In this document: piece by piece, positions 1-10,403 of the stretch
Position numbering within the stretch: the stretch's first letter is position 1
Layout of the letters: every line of letters begins with the position of its first letter
The notes under the pieces: model-generated
What the model saw: the letters and a program-made list of their open reading frames with translations, nothing else
What the model was told of the DNA's origin: nothing
The model's database searches: none
Made by a program: the position numbers and the translations under genes
From: Gammaproteobacteria bacterium
Lineage (GTDB): Bacteria; Pseudomonadota; Gammaproteobacteria; Tethybacterales; G965206325
Assembly: GCA_965206325.1 (NCBI GenBank)
Contig: OZ242208.1
Coordinates: 294,326-358,325, forward strand
Reading direction: 5' to 3'
Length of the DNA: 64,000 nt

Positions 1-306
1 TGCGACTGCAGCGGCAACGCCCTTTATTTCAGCCGCTCGCCGATTCCATATAACCGCAAAAATCCAAATGCCGCCCCCGCCGAATCGCTCGCACATTTGG
101 GAATTTACGCTTATCGCAGGGCGGCTCTCGACCGGATGAATTCGCTGCCGAAATCGCCGCTTGAAGAAATTGAAAAGTTGGAGCAATTGCGTCTGCTGTG
201 GAATGGGCTCAAAATTGCCGTCGTTATTGTTAATGACGGCGGCGGAATTAGCATTGATACGCCCGCCGATTTAATGCGCGCGCGGAAAATTTTGGAAAAA
301 AAATGA
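1..306 (+). CDS. kdsB: 3-deoxy-manno-octulosonate cytidylyltransferase (CMP-KDO synthetase), C-terminal part; 5' end lies outside the window
   Basis: Open frame from nt 1. C-terminal motif ...SPLEEIEKLEQLRLLWNG.KI.V...IDTPADL matches the KdsB C-terminus. Confidence 0.85.
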   Translation, partial: CDCSGNALYFSRSPIPYNRKNPNAAPAESLAHLGIYAYRRAALDRMNSLPKSPLEEIEKLEQLRLLWNGLKIAVVIVNDGGGISIDTPADLMRARKILEKK

Positions 307-950
307 GCGGCAAAATCGTCGTCAAAAATTTCGGGACGATGGAATACACCGCCGCTTGGCTGCAAATGCGCCGCTTCACCGAAAATCGCGACGAGCAAAC
401 GGCGGACGAAATCTGGCTTTTGCAGCATCCGCCGATTTTTACGCTGGGGCTTTCGGCGAGCGAATCCGACATCCTGCGGATAAGCGACATTCCCATCGCC
501 CGCAGCGACCGGGGCGGCAAAGTTACTTATCACGGACCCGGGCAGATTGTGGCGTATTTGCTGATTGATATTCGGCGGCGAAAAATCGGCGCGAGACGAC
601 TCGTCCGGACAATTGAAAAAGCGGCAGTTTCGCTGCTGGCGGACTGCGGAATCTCGGCATGCGGCGACGAAAATGCTCCGGGCGTCTACGCCGACGGAAA
701 AAAAATAGCCGCCCTCGGCCTCAAAATTTCGCGAGGGGCGACCTATCACGGACTCGCCCTGAATGTAAAAATGGATTTGTCGCCCTTCGCCGACATTAAT
801 CCCTGCGGAATCGTCGGCTTGAAAGCGACTCAAATCGCCGATTTTTTTTCCGCCGCCGACATTAATAAAATCGCGCCGGAATTGGCGATGCGGCTGATTG
901 CATCGCTGAATTCAGCGGGTGATAAAATTGCGAACCATGATTCCGCTTAA
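303..950 (+). CDS. lipB: octanoyltransferase (lipoyl(octanoyl) transferase)
   Basis: 215-aa ORF with TYHGPGQ and catalytic-region motifs of LipB. Sits immediately upstream of lipA. Confidence 0.9.
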   Translation: MSGKIVVKNFGTMEYTAAWLQMRRFTENRDEQTADEIWLLQHPPIFTLGLSASESDILRISDIPIARSDRGGKVTYHGPGQIVAYLLIDIRRRKIGARRLVRTIEKAAVSLLADCGISACGDENAPGVYADGKKIAALGLKISRGATYHGLALNVKMDLSPFADINPCGIVGLKATQIADFFSAADINKIAPELAMRLIASLNSAGDKIANHDSA

Positions 951-1887
951 GCAGAAAGGCGAATTTAAGACGATGCGCAATCGCATTCCGATTGTGCCGC
1001 TCGCCGATGCCCCGCTCAAAAAACCGACTTGGCTGCGCGCGAAAGCGCCGGGCAGTCCGCGCTTTATGGAAATCAAGCGCATTCTGCGAAAGCATCAATT
1101 GCATTCGGTCTGCGAAGAAGCCAGTTGCCCCAACATCGGCGAATGCTTCGGCAAAGGCACGGCGACTTTTATGATTCTCGGCGACCTGTGCACGCGGCGA
1201 TGCCCCTTCTGCGATGTTGCCCACGGCCGACCGAATCCGCCCGACAAAAACGAGCCGGAAAATTTGGCGCGAGTCATCGCCGATTTGCAACTGCGCTATG
1301 TCGTCATTACCAGCGTAGACCGCGACGATTTGCGCGACGGCGGGGCGAGTCATTTCGCCGATTGCATTCGCGCCGTGCGCAAAAAATCACCGACAATTAT
1401 CATTGAAATTCTTGCGCCCGATTTTCGCGGACGCATGAATCGCGCTTTGGATTCGCTCGCCGAATCGCCCCCGAATGTTTTTAATCATAATCTGGAAACC
1501 GCGCCGCGCCTTTACAAAGAAGCCCGGCCGGGCGCGGATTACGCGCATTCCTTAGAATTGCTTTTGGAATTTAAAAGGCGGCATCCGTCCGTGCCGACAA
1601 AATCCGGCGTGATGGTCGGACTCGGCGAGCGCGACGACGAATTGCTGCAAGTCATGCGCGACCTTCGCCGCCATCAAGTGGATATGCTGACGATGGGACA
1701 GTATCTGCAGCCGAGCCGCCACCACTTGCCGGTGCGCCGCTTTATGCCGCCGGAAATTTTTGATGATTTTCGCCGCCAAGCCGAAGAGATGGGTTTTCGT
1801 CATGCGGCATGCGGGCCGCTGGTTCGCTCGTCCTACCACGCCGACGCGCAGGCCGAAGAAGCGGGCGTGACCGAATCGGCGATATGA
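937..1887 (+). CDS. lipA: lipoyl synthase (radical SAM); start uncertain (ORF opens at 919)
   Basis: [12 protein letters not shown] and CTRRCPFC cysteine clusters, typical LipA length, and lipB-lipA synteny. Confidence 0.9.
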   Translation: MIPLKQKGEFKTMRNRIPIVPLADAPLKKPTWLRAKAPGSPRFMEIKRILRKHQLHSVCEEASCPNIGECFGKGTATFMILGDLCTRRCPFCDVAHGRPNPPDKNEPENLARVIADLQLRYVVITSVDRDDLRDGGASHFADCIRAVRKKSPTIIIEILAPDFRGRMNRALDSLAESPPNVFNHNLETAPRLYKEARPGADYAHSLELLLEFKRRHPSVPTKSGVMVGLGERDDELLQVMRDLRRHQVDMLTMGQYLQPSRHHLPVRRFMPPEIFDDFRRQAEEMGFRHAACGPLVRSSYHADAQAEEAGVTESAI

Positions 1888-2516
1888 ATTTCAAACTGAA
1901 AATGTGCATCGCCTTTATTTTGGCGATGATTTTTTCCGCGTCGGCAATGGCGGAGGTCACGACAGTTGTGGTTGATCCGCCGGAACTTGGGCCTTTCGTT
2001 GAGAAAATTCAGTCGGGAGCTGCCGTGGCGATTACCGTGGCGAAAGTCCTCCTGTTTATATCTGGAGGAGGTTGTCTTCTGCTCGTCATCTTTCTTATTA
2101 TGCGCGCGCTTCCCAAGCGTGACGATTTTGCGGGGATGTTTGAGCGTCGCGACTATCTAATGTCTCCTGCCGAATTGCGCTTTTACAAGCAATTGCGAAT
2201 AGCCGCTGATAAGCATTTTTCGGCGCATGCCAAAGTGCGGATGGAAGATGTCATCGGTGCACGCGGAGGCCGAGGATGGATGAGTGCGCGCGGGCGTGTC
2301 AAGTCCCGCCACTTTGATTTTGTAGTGACGACCAATGAAGGGGAAATCGTCTGCGCCATTGAATTGGACGACTCCACCCACAATCGTCCCGACCGTCGGA
2401 AAATCGACGAATTCAAAGATGATGTGGCGGCGGCGGTCGGCTTGAAGTTGCTGCGATTTGAATCCGGCCGCGATTATTCGCCGGAGTTTATCGTCCGCCA
2501 AATTGCCGAAAATTAA
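1884..2516 (+). CDS. membrane-anchored DUF2726 (NERD-like nuclease-related) domain protein
   Basis: N-terminal signal peptide / TM helix, C-terminal FDFVVT...[13 protein letters not shown] motif typical of DUF2726. ATGA overlap with the lipA stop. Confidence 0.55.
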   Translation: MNFKLKMCIAFILAMIFSASAMAEVTTVVVDPPELGPFVEKIQSGAAVAITVAKVLLFISGGGCLLLVIFLIMRALPKRDDFAGMFERRDYLMSPAELRFYKQLRIAADKHFSAHAKVRMEDVIGARGGRGWMSARGRVKSRHFDFVVTTNEGEIVCAIELDDSTHNRPDRRKIDEFKDDVAAAVGLKLLRFESGRDYSPEFIVRQIAEN

Positions 2517-2522
2517 TTCGCA

Positions 2523-3239
2523 TTAGAAATTCGCCGACAAATTGCCGTCTTCTAAAACCGCAAAGCCGCCCTCGTCGCCGAGCCAGTGCGGAAGGACAAT
2601 TCGCTCGCATTCCTTGTCGTCAATTAAAATTCGGTGGCGCGCCGGACGATGGGTATGGCCATGAATTAATGTCGCGCAGCCATATCGGCGAAAAGCATCG
2701 GCGACGGCGGCGGGCGAAACATCCGTAATGTCCGCCGATTTTGCCGATTTTTCTTTTTCGCTTTGTCCGGCAATCGCCGCCGCCTGCGACCGGCGAATCG
2801 GCAGGGGCAATTTAAGAAAACTTTGCATCGCCGACGGATTCCGCGTGCGGACGCGAAATTGCTGATAATCGGCATCGTCGGTGCAGAGCGAATCGCCGTG
2901 CATCAGCAGAATTTTTTCGCCGTCCGCCTCCAAGATAAATTCTTCCGGCAGCAGCGAAAAACCGGCGCGATTGGCGAAGGATTCGCCCAGCAGAAAATCG
3001 CGGTTGCCGTGCTGAAAATAAACGGCGATTCCGCTGTCGGCGATTCTGCGAATTGCATTCGCCGCTTGGTCGGCGAGGGGCGAATCGTCGTCGTCGCCGA
3101 GCCACAAATCAAACAAATCGCCGAGCAGATAAACGGCGTCGGCATTGGCGGATTCGTCTTTAAGGCGGCGAAAAAAACGGCTTGCCGCCGCCGGACGCGA
3201 AAGCGAGAGATGCGAATCGGCGGCGAAAAGAATCCGCAT
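2523..3239 (-). CDS. lpxH: UDP-2,3-diacylglucosamine hydrolase
   Basis: Calcineurin-like metallophosphoesterase motifs (GDLFDLW, GNRDF, HGHTH) and 238 aa length. Confidence 0.85.
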   Translation of the reverse strand: MRILFAADSHLSLSRPAAASRFFRRLKDESANADAVYLLGDLFDLWLGDDDDSPLADQAANAIRRIADSGIAVYFQHGNRDFLLGESFANRAGFSLLPEEFILEADGEKILLMHGDSLCTDDADYQQFRVRTRNPSAMQSFLKLPLPIRRSQAAAIAGQSEKEKSAKSADITDVSPAAVADAFRRYGCATLIHGHTHRPARHRILIDDKECERIVLPHWLGDEGGFAVLEDGNLSANF

Positions 3240-3802
3240 TAAGCGGCGTCGGCGGAATCGTTCTCAGCGGAGGCGTCGACGCTGTTGGAGTCGTTGGCGG
3301 CTTCAATCAATTCAATAGTTTCAATGACGACATCATTTTCCGGGACATCGGGGCATCCCATTCGCTCTTCGGTGGTCAAATTGCCGATAGTGGCGGCGAC
3401 ATCGGCGCCGTCGCGAATTTCGCCGAAGACGCAGTAGCCCCAGCCGTCGTCGGTTTTATCGGCGTGATCCAGAGCGGAATTGTCGGCGAGATTGATGAAG
3501 AATTGCGAAGTCGCCGAATGCGGCTCCGGCGTGCGCGCCATCGCCAGAGTCCATTTGCGATTGGCGAGTCCGTTGTCGGCTTCGTTTTCAATCGGGGCGC
3601 GGGCCGCTTTGAGATACATTCCCCGCTCGAATCCGCCGCCCTGAATTAAATAATTGGGGACGACCCGATGAAACAGCGTATTGTCGTAGAAGCCGGCGGC
3701 GGCGTATTCCAAAAAATTCGCCGTCGTTTGGGGGGCGCGGTCGGCGAACAATTCCGCCGTTATCGCCCCGAAATTCGTTTTAATGCGAACCTGCGGATTC
3801 AC
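3239..3802 (-). CDS. ppiB: peptidyl-prolyl cis-trans isomerase B (cytoplasmic cyclophilin)
   Basis: Cyclophilin motifs FHRVVPNYLIQGGGF and WLAMAR-like; no signal peptide. Confidence 0.85.
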   Translation of the reverse strand: MNPQVRIKTNFGAITAELFADRAPQTTANFLEYAAAGFYDNTLFHRVVPNYLIQGGGFERGMYLKAARAPIENEADNGLANRKWTLAMARTPEPHSATSQFFINLADNSALDHADKTDDGWGYCVFGEIRDGADVAATIGNLTTEERMGCPDVPENDVVIETIELIEAANDSNSVDASAENDSADAA

Positions 3803-4368
3803 GGCTTGTAGGCGGCTTTGATAATTACCGGAGGCTCGGCGGGGACATTGTCAAATTGCCCGACCGATTCATACCGCTGCAGCCCGACGATTTCCGTTAC
3901 AACATCCTGACCGGCGACGAGTTTGCCGAAAACGGCGTAGCCCGGCTGGCCGCTTTTGTAATTCAGAAAATGATTGTCGGCGACATTAATAAAAAACTGC
4001 GAAGTCGCCGAATCGGGGTCGGCCGTGCGCGCCATCGCCACCGTCCATTGAAGGTTGAGAATTCCGTTGTCGGATTCATTCGTCACCGGCGGGCGCGTAG
4101 CCGCTTTGGGTTTTTTGCGCGGGTCAAACGGCGCGACAAAGCCGCCGCCCTGCACCATAAAACCGGGGATGACACGGTGAAAAATCAGTCCGTCGTAAAA
4201 GCCGCTGTTGACATAGTGGAGAAAATTCTCCACCGTCTTCGGCGACTCGTCGGCAAACAGGCGGATTTCAAAGCTGCCGGCGGAGGTCTCAAAGACCACC
4301 GAGGCGGCATCCGCCACGCTAGCACTCATCGCAATGACAAGCGCCGCAAAAAAGCGAATAGGACGCAT
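3799..4368 (-). CDS. ppiA: peptidyl-prolyl cis-trans isomerase A (periplasmic cyclophilin)
   Basis: N-terminal signal peptide followed by cyclophilin motifs FHRVIPGFMVQGGGF. Confidence 0.85.
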   Translation of the reverse strand: MRPIRFFAALVIAMSASVADAASVVFETSAGSFEIRLFADESPKTVENFLHYVNSGFYDGLIFHRVIPGFMVQGGGFVAPFDPRKKPKAATRPPVTNESDNGILNLQWTVAMARTADPDSATSQFFINVADNHFLNYKSGQPGYAVFGKLVAGQDVVTEIVGLQRYESVGQFDNVPAEPPVIIKAAYKP

Positions 4369-4440
4369 CGTTTTCTCGTTCCTGCATAATTAAGAACGCC
4401 AAGTGTAGCATATTTTTGCGGCGGTGATAAAATTCCGCTT

Positions 4441-4677
4441 GTGCCCAATTTTCACAAGGAAATCAATCTCGCCGGACTCAATTGCCCGCTGCCGGTTTTG
4501 CGGACGAAAAAAGCCCTCGCCGAAATTCAATCGGGCGAAGTGCTGAAGATTTTCGCCGACGACCCGGGCGCGCAGGAGGATATTCCCGCTTTCGCGCGGC
4601 AGACCGGACATCGCTTGGAATTAATGGAGCGCGAAAACGGCGGCGACGGCTGCGCGTTTTTCCTGCGAAAAAAATAA
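4441..4677 (+). CDS. tusA: TusA-like sulfurtransferase
   Basis: 78-aa ORF with the conserved LNCPLP (CPxP) motif near the N-terminus. Confidence 0.75.
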   Translation: MPNFHKEINLAGLNCPLPVLRTKKALAEIQSGEVLKIFADDPGAQEDIPAFARQTGHRLELMERENGGDGCAFFLRKK

Positions 4678-4680
4678 GCA

Positions 4681-5232
4681 ATGGAATCGCCGCTGCGAAT
4701 CGGGCTTGTTTCCGTCTCCGACCGCGCCAGCAAAGGCGACTACGCCGACGCCGGAATTCCGGCGCTGCGCGAATGGCTGACGCGCGCCCTCATTACTAAA
4801 TGGGAAGAGCGAATCGCGTTGATTCCGGATGAATTCGCCGACATCAAAAGCGCATTAATTCGGCTGGCCGACGATGAAAAATGCGGACTGATTCTCACTA
4901 CCGGCGGCACCGGCCCGTCGCCGCGCGATGTTACGCCGGAGGCTACGCTTGCCGTCGCTGCGCGCGAATTGCCGGGCTTCGGCGAATTAATGCGCGCGGT
5001 CAGTTTACGCTATGTGCCGACGGCGATTCTGTCAAGGCAGACGGCGGCGGTGCGGGGCGAATCGCTCATCATTAATTTGCCCGGACAGCCCAAAGCCGTC
5101 GCTGAAACGCTGGACGGCATTTTCGCCGCCGTGCCGTATTGTCTGGATTTAATCGGCGCGCCGTATATTGAAACCGACTCCGCCGTCGTCGCTACATTTC
5201 GCCCCAAGTCGGCGGCGAAAAAAGCGCGATGA
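4681..5232 (+). CDS. mogA: molybdopterin adenylyltransferase MogA/MoaB family
   Basis: TTGGTGPSPRDVTPEA motif of the MoCF biosynthesis domain; 183 aa. Confidence 0.8.
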   Translation: MESPLRIGLVSVSDRASKGDYADAGIPALREWLTRALITKWEERIALIPDEFADIKSALIRLADDEKCGLILTTGGTGPSPRDVTPEATLAVAARELPGFGELMRAVSLRYVPTAILSRQTAAVRGESLIINLPGQPKAVAETLDGIFAAVPYCLDLIGAPYIETDSAVVATFRPKSAAKKAR

Positions 5233-5747
5233 ATCGGTGGACGCGATGGCTGGCTTGGCGCGCGCATCAGCAGATTCACCGCGCGCCCTACGGCTTAGCG
5301 CGGCTGGCGCATTCCGATTTAATGTCGTGGAAGCAGGAGCAGGTTTCGCGCGGACTCGCCATCGGACTTTTCTGGGCTTTCGTGCCGATGCCTTTCCAAA
5401 TGGCGCCGGCGGCGCTATTTTGCTGGCTGACTCGCGCCAATTTGCCGCTGGCGCTGGCGGGCGTTTGGATTTCCAATCCGTTTACATATGTGCCGATTTT
5501 TTACGCCGCCTACCGCGTCGGCGCATTTTTTACGGGAGTGATTCCGGATCCAATGCCGTCGTCGATCGGCAATTATTTGTCGGCGCGCGCTTCGCCGTTT
5601 TTATTGGGCTGCTTGATTTTTTCCTGCACGGCGATGACTGTCGGCTATTTTATCGGCTATCCGCTGGCGAAAATCGTGGAAAGCGGACGGAATGCCCGCG
5701 AAACACTTCGCCGAATTAAACGCAAAAAGCGCGCAAAATCGCAATGA
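5229..5747 (+). CDS. DUF2062 family membrane protein
   Basis: Hydrophobic 172-aa ORF with a basic C-terminal tail; pattern of the DUF2062 family. Overlaps mogA stop and trpF start. Confidence 0.55.
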   Translation: MNRWTRWLAWRAHQQIHRAPYGLARLAHSDLMSWKQEQVSRGLAIGLFWAFVPMPFQMAPAALFCWLTRANLPLALAGVWISNPFTYVPIFYAAYRVGAFFTGVIPDPMPSSIGNYLSARASPFLLGCLIFSCTAMTVGYFIGYPLAKIVESGRNARETLRRIKRKKRAKSQ

Positions 5748-6385
5748 AAAAAGCACGGACGCGAATTAAAATCTGCGGTGTCACCCGCCCGGAAGACGCC
5801 ATTCTCGCCGCCGAACTGGGGGCGGACGCCGTCGGCTTGGTATTTTATCCGCCCGCCTCCGCCGCTTTGACCATCGCGCAGGCGGCGGAAATTGCGCGCG
5901 TCCTGCCGCCGTTTGTATCGGCGGCGGCTTTGTTTGTGCAGGCGTCGGCGGAATTTGTCGGCGAAGTGATTGATGCCGTCCGTCCGCAGATTCTGCAATT
6001 TCACGGCGGCGAGGACGCTGAATTTTGCGGACAATTTTCGCAGCCGTATATTTTCGCTTGCCGCGTGCGGGAATCGGCGGATATAATAAAGGCGATTGAA
6101 TCGCATCCTTCGGCGCGCGCGATTTTGCTGGATTCTTTCAGCAAGGATTCACCGGGCGGCAGCGGACGAACTTTTGACTGGAATTTAATTCCGCCGAATT
6201 CGTCCAAGCCGTTTATTTTAGCGGGCGGACTCACGCCGCAGAATGTCGGGGCGGCGGTGCGGTCGGCGAGGCCTTTTGCAGTGGATGTTGCCAGCGGCGT
6301 GCGCGACGATGAAAATCCGCGCCGCAAAAATCCCGACAAAATCCGCGCGTTTATTGAAGAGGTGAAAAATGCCGACGAATCTTAA
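5744..6385 (+). CDS. trpF: phosphoribosylanthranilate isomerase
   Basis: [14 protein letters not shown]-terminus and TIM-barrel PRAI motifs; immediately upstream of trpB. Confidence 0.85.
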   Translation: MKKARTRIKICGVTRPEDAILAAELGADAVGLVFYPPASAALTIAQAAEIARVLPPFVSAAALFVQASAEFVGEVIDAVRPQILQFHGGEDAEFCGQFSQPYIFACRVRESADIIKAIESHPSARAILLDSFSKDSPGGSGRTFDWNLIPPNSSKPFILAGGLTPQNVGAAVRSARPFAVDVASGVRDDENPRRKNPDKIRAFIEEVKNADES

Positions 6386-7571
6386 TTACGCCTACCCCGA
6401 CGCCGCCGGGCGATTCGGCAAATTCGGCGGCGTTTATGTCGCCGAGACGCTGATGCACGCCGTCCATCAACTCGCCGACGCTTATGCGAAATTTCGCGAT
6501 GACGGCGATTTTCAGGCGGAAATAAATTCGCTTCTCGCCGAATATGTCGGACGCCCGAATCCGATTTATTTTGCGGCGCGATTTTCCGTCCGCTGCGGCG
6601 GAGCGAAAATCTTTTTGAAGCGGGAGGATTTGAATCACACCGGCGCGCACAAAATCAACAACGCCGTCGGACAAATTCTGCTGGCGCGCCGAATGGGCAA
6701 GCGGCGCATTATCGCCGAAACCGGCGCCGGACAGCACGGCGTCGCCGTCGCCACAGTTTGCGCCAGAGAAGGTTTGCCATGCGTGATTTACATGGGCGAA
6801 GACGACATCGTCCGCCAGCGGACAAATGTGCAGAGAATGGAATTGCTGGGGGCGAAAGTCGTCCCGGTTTCATCCGGCTCCAAAACGCTCAAAGACGCCT
6901 TAAACGAGGCGCTGCGGGATTGGGTCGCCAACATTGACGATACTTTTTATGTTATCGGGTCGGTGGCGGGGCCGCATCCGTATCCGATGATGGTGCGGGA
7001 TTTTAATGCCGTCATCGGCCGCGAATGCATTTTGCAAATGCCGAAAATCGCCGGACGCCAGCCGGATGCCGTTGTCGCCTGCGTCGGCGGCGGCTCCAAT
7101 GCGATGGGAATTTTTTATCCCTACATTCCGAATGCATCGGTGCGGCTTGTCGGCGTGGAAGCGGGCGGCGAAGGCATTGAAAGCGGCAGGCATTGCGCGA
7201 CTTTGTCCACCGGTCGTCCGGGAATTCTGCACGGAATGCTTTCGTATTTAATGCAGGACGACGACGGGCAAATTCTGCAGACGGCTTCCATTTCGGCGGG
7301 GCTGGATTATCCGGGAGTCGGACCGGAGCATTCGCATTTGAAGGAATCCGGCCGCGCCGAATACGCCGTCGCCAGCGATGCGGAGGCGCTTGACGCCTTT
7401 GACGATTTGGCGCGCTTGGAAGGAATTCTGCCCGCTTTGGAATCCGCCCACGCCCTCGCGCATGCCAAGAATCTCGCGCGCGAATTGGGGCCGGAAAAAA
7501 TCATTCTCGTCAATTTATCGGGGCGCGGCGACAAGGATTTGGATACGGTGCTGAAAATTAAAAATCGCTGA
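6369..7571 (+). CDS. trpB: tryptophan synthase beta chain
   Basis: [12 protein letters not shown]-lysine motif, GGGSNA, and 400 aa length. Confidence 0.95.
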   Translation: MPTNLNYAYPDAAGRFGKFGGVYVAETLMHAVHQLADAYAKFRDDGDFQAEINSLLAEYVGRPNPIYFAARFSVRCGGAKIFLKREDLNHTGAHKINNAVGQILLARRMGKRRIIAETGAGQHGVAVATVCAREGLPCVIYMGEDDIVRQRTNVQRMELLGAKVVPVSSGSKTLKDALNEALRDWVANIDDTFYVIGSVAGPHPYPMMVRDFNAVIGRECILQMPKIAGRQPDAVVACVGGGSNAMGIFYPYIPNASVRLVGVEAGGEGIESGRHCATLSTGRPGILHGMLSYLMQDDDGQILQTASISAGLDYPGVGPEHSHLKESGRAEYAVASDAEALDAFDDLARLEGILPALESAHALAHAKNLARELGPEKIILVNLSGRGDKDLDTVLKIKNR

Positions 7572-7591
7572 ATCTCGGCTTCGTCGGCAAA

Positions 7592-8368
7592 ATGCGGGAG
7601 ATGGAAAAAAGCCCGTTTGAAATTCTCGGCGTGCATCCCAACGCCGAAATGCGCGAAGTGGAGCGCGCCTATCGCAAACTGGCCATGCGATGGCATCCCG
7701 ACCGCAACTTGGGGGATAAATTCGCCGAGGAAAAATTCAAGGAAATTCGCCGCGCCTACGAATCCGTGCGCGACGGCAATTTTCTGCGTCCCGGCTATTC
7801 CATTTGGAGCAGTGCATCAGCCCGCGAAAAAGCGGCGAAGCGGCATCCGCCGACGGCGAAAAGCGAAGAATCGTCCGCAAAAGAATCCGCGCAAAATCAC
7901 GCGCCGGAATTTGCGGAAAGATGGGAAACCGGCAATTGGACTCAGGATATTCCGTGGCTGTCTATTTTGGCATCGGCGATTGGCGTCGCCGTGTGGATTG
8001 CAGTGGGCGGCAGTGCGGGATTCGCCTTGTTTGCGATGGCGGCGGGCGTATCGCATATCGTTTACAAGCGGGCGGAATCGTCTCCGCCGATGGCGGCTTT
8101 GGAGGCGTTTTTCAAAGCGGGCGTAAGGGCAATTTGGACTCTGCTGCTGGCTTACGGCGTGTGGCTGATGGCGCGCGAATTATTTCCTTCGTTCGGCCGG
8201 GCCGCCGACGAATTCGCCGCCCTTACATGGCCGCGTCTGGCGGGCGGCGTGGCGACAATATTCGCCGTTGCTTTGCTGGCGAAATATCACCGCAAATTCG
8301 GACTCGGCAAATTCTGGCTGATGCTGTGGGCTTTCGGAATTCTGCTGCTGTGGATTCTGCTGCTGTGA
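7592..8368 (+). CDS. J-domain (DnaJ-like) membrane protein
   Basis: N-terminal J domain with HPD motif ([10 protein letters not shown]) followed by several hydrophobic helices. Confidence 0.65.
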   Translation: MREMEKSPFEILGVHPNAEMREVERAYRKLAMRWHPDRNLGDKFAEEKFKEIRRAYESVRDGNFLRPGYSIWSSASAREKAAKRHPPTAKSEESSAKESAQNHAPEFAERWETGNWTQDIPWLSILASAIGVAVWIAVGGSAGFALFAMAAGVSHIVYKRAESSPPMAALEAFFKAGVRAIWTLLLAYGVWLMARELFPSFGRAADEFAALTWPRLAGGVATIFAVALLAKYHRKFGLGKFWLMLWAFGILLLWILLL

Positions 8369-8418
8369 ATGTCAGGCGAAATGCCATTGCCGCATTCGGA
8401 GGCGATTTTTCGCCTCTT

Positions 8419-8462
8419 AAAAAAAGCCGCCGCCCGCAAAATTTGCGGGCGGCGGCGGCGGC
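8419..8462 (-). terminator. Rho-independent terminator for the FecR-domain gene
   Basis: GC hairpin gccgccgcccgc-aaaattt-gcgggcggcggc followed by a 7-T run on the minus strand, 25 nt after the stop at 8486. Confidence 0.5.
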
Positions 8463-8485
8463 AATTGGACGATTTCAATCAGCGG

Positions 8486-10117
8486 CTATTCGTTGGCGAG
8501 CGGAACCTCCAAATTCCCAATCAGTCGCCTTGCTTCATCATCACCAAGACTAGGACGAGTTTCCTCGACATCAAACCGAGAAAATACACGCTCCCGATTT
8601 AATCCAAATGACGCATGACCGTCTATGGCACGGAACAAAATAGCGTTCTGCGTAACTGGGAGGCCTCCCATATTGGTAATTGTCTCGGCATGGTCTTCCA
8701 AAAATCCCGACACCGGGAAAAATGTCTCGCGATGCGTTAATGGCACATTGCCATCTCCCTTGGCAAAATCCCAAATTTCGTTTGGGTTGCCGGCGTTGGG
8801 CGGCGTGTTAGGGTTGAGAAATTCAGCACGAACACGATACTGCGTCAGCATCGTCCGGTCGCCGACACTAAGCGCATAAAAAAGATTGCCTTGTAAGCAA
8901 TCCTCGCACGACGAGGAGCCCGCGAAAATGACCCGGTTATAGCGGCCTTGAACATTCCCAATGAGGAAATCCGTCCCCGGCCCATTATCATAAGCGTCGG
9001 TAGCGAGATTGCCGAAATCCGTCGGCAGAATTAAATCGCCCGGCAATTCCAGAATTGAATCGTCCGTCAATTCGCTCGGCAAATTGCCTAAAATGCCGGC
9101 ATTGGCAAAATCTCCCAAATTGTCGGACGGCGGCGGAGGAGGAGGAGGGGGCTGGTTATCCACAATTTCTTGCTCGATGATCGCCGCTTCCTGCAGCACT
9201 TCTTCTTCTTCTTTCTGCAGAGCGTCCGTCACCGTTTCCGTTTCCACAATTTCCGCAACCGGAATTTCGTTCGCCGTTTCTTCCACACTCGGAACCACAG
9301 CAGGCGGCGATGCTTCGTCATCGGCCACGACGGCGGCGGGAGCATCCGAAATTTCAATTACTTCCTCGCCCCCGGATTCTTCATTGCCGCTGTCGGCGGT
9401 TTCCGTTTCGGCGGCGGCTGTTTCGCTTTCGCTGGAATCGCTTTCGGATTCTTCAGTCGGTGCGACGACAACCGGCCCTTCGGTGGTTTCCGGAATGTCG
9501 GCGACATACTGCGGGGCTTCGCCTTGTGCGGCGAATCCGGCCTGCGAATCCGGCGTAATTTCAATCGCTTTCCCTTCGCTTTGCAGGAAAGTGGCACCCT
9601 TATAAACTTTGTTGTAAGTGCCTGATTTCCCGCCGCCGTAGGACGCTTCCTGTCCTTCCGGAATATAAAAGACGGCGTGGTCGGTTCCACGCAAGCCAAT
9701 CGTCCCTGTGGGAGTGTTCACGCGATAATTGTCCTTTGCCTGCTCTCCGATTTTTCCGGAGAGAGTGCGAAAGCCGCCTTTAATCACAGAAAGGACGCTG
9801 GCGGAGTTATCGCCGTCCAAGCGATATTCCGCAATAATGAAAGCCGAATTCGGCCGCACGGCAATGCGGGCGTCATCCATCATCAGCAATTGGGCCGACG
9901 CTTTCGGGCCGGTTTCAATCGTGTCCGACTCAAAAATGGGGTCGGATTTGTCCAATTGCCGGCGGTCGCCGTCGCTGACGGCAAACACCTCGCCGAGGAC
10001 GAATTGCGCCTTGCCGACGGACTCAACGGCTTCGGCGTTGATGCTCCACATCGTGCAGACGAGGGCGAAAATCACGCCGCGAACGGCGTTTATCGGGAAA
10101 ATTTTGCTGGTAATCAT
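8486..10117 (-). CDS. secreted FecR-domain protein with long acidic low-complexity and poly-Pro linker
   Basis: Signal peptide, FecR-like N-terminal domain (RIAVRPNSAF...GTIGLRGTDH), E/S/T-rich acidic stretch, PPPPPPPPP, and a C-terminal globular region. Confidence 0.6.
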   Translation of the reverse strand: MITSKIFPINAVRGVIFALVCTMWSINAEAVESVGKAQFVLGEVFAVSDGDRRQLDKSDPIFESDTIETGPKASAQLLMMDDARIAVRPNSAFIIAEYRLDGDNSASVLSVIKGGFRTLSGKIGEQAKDNYRVNTPTGTIGLRGTDHAVFYIPEGQEASYGGGKSGTYNKVYKGATFLQSEGKAIEITPDSQAGFAAQGEAPQYVADIPETTEGPVVVAPTEESESDSSESETAAAETETADSGNEESGGEEVIEISDAPAAVVADDEASPPAVVPSVEETANEIPVAEIVETETVTDALQKEEEEVLQEAAIIEQEIVDNQPPPPPPPPSDNLGDFANAGILGNLPSELTDDSILELPGDLILPTDFGNLATDAYDNGPGTDFLIGNVQGRYNRVIFAGSSSCEDCLQGNLFYALSVGDRTMLTQYRVRAEFLNPNTPPNAGNPNEIWDFAKGDGNVPLTHRETFFPVSGFLEDHAETITNMGGLPVTQNAILFRAIDGHASFGLNRERVFSRFDVEETRPSLGDDEARRLIGNLEVPLANE

Positions 10118-10403
10118 TGCGCTTCTCCGCTTTGCTTCTTACTTTTATTATATCTTTTTACCGCTGATAAAGCAATCATTTGGACAAATTCGCCCATAAA
10201 ATCGGCGATGTGTCAAAAAAGTCACAAATCCCAAATATCCCCGTTGCAACGCTCTGCGTCCGCTAATTAATTCCGCCGATGGCTTCGGGACGCAGAGCAT
10301 CCCAACATTCAGTGCATCGACGCGGGGATTTTAATTTTTGGAATATCCTTCATCTCCCGCCCGCCAGCGCGAAGGTTTTGAGATTCTGCGATAATACGCG
10401 GCT

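Noticed and set aside
111-833. 240-aa ORF on the minus strand
   Set aside because: Antisense to lipB/kdsB in a high-GC region. No motifs. Typical shadow ORF.
9009-9605. 198-aa Ser/Thr/Ala-rich ORF on the plus strand
   Set aside because: Antisense reading of the acidic low-complexity segment of the FecR-domain gene.
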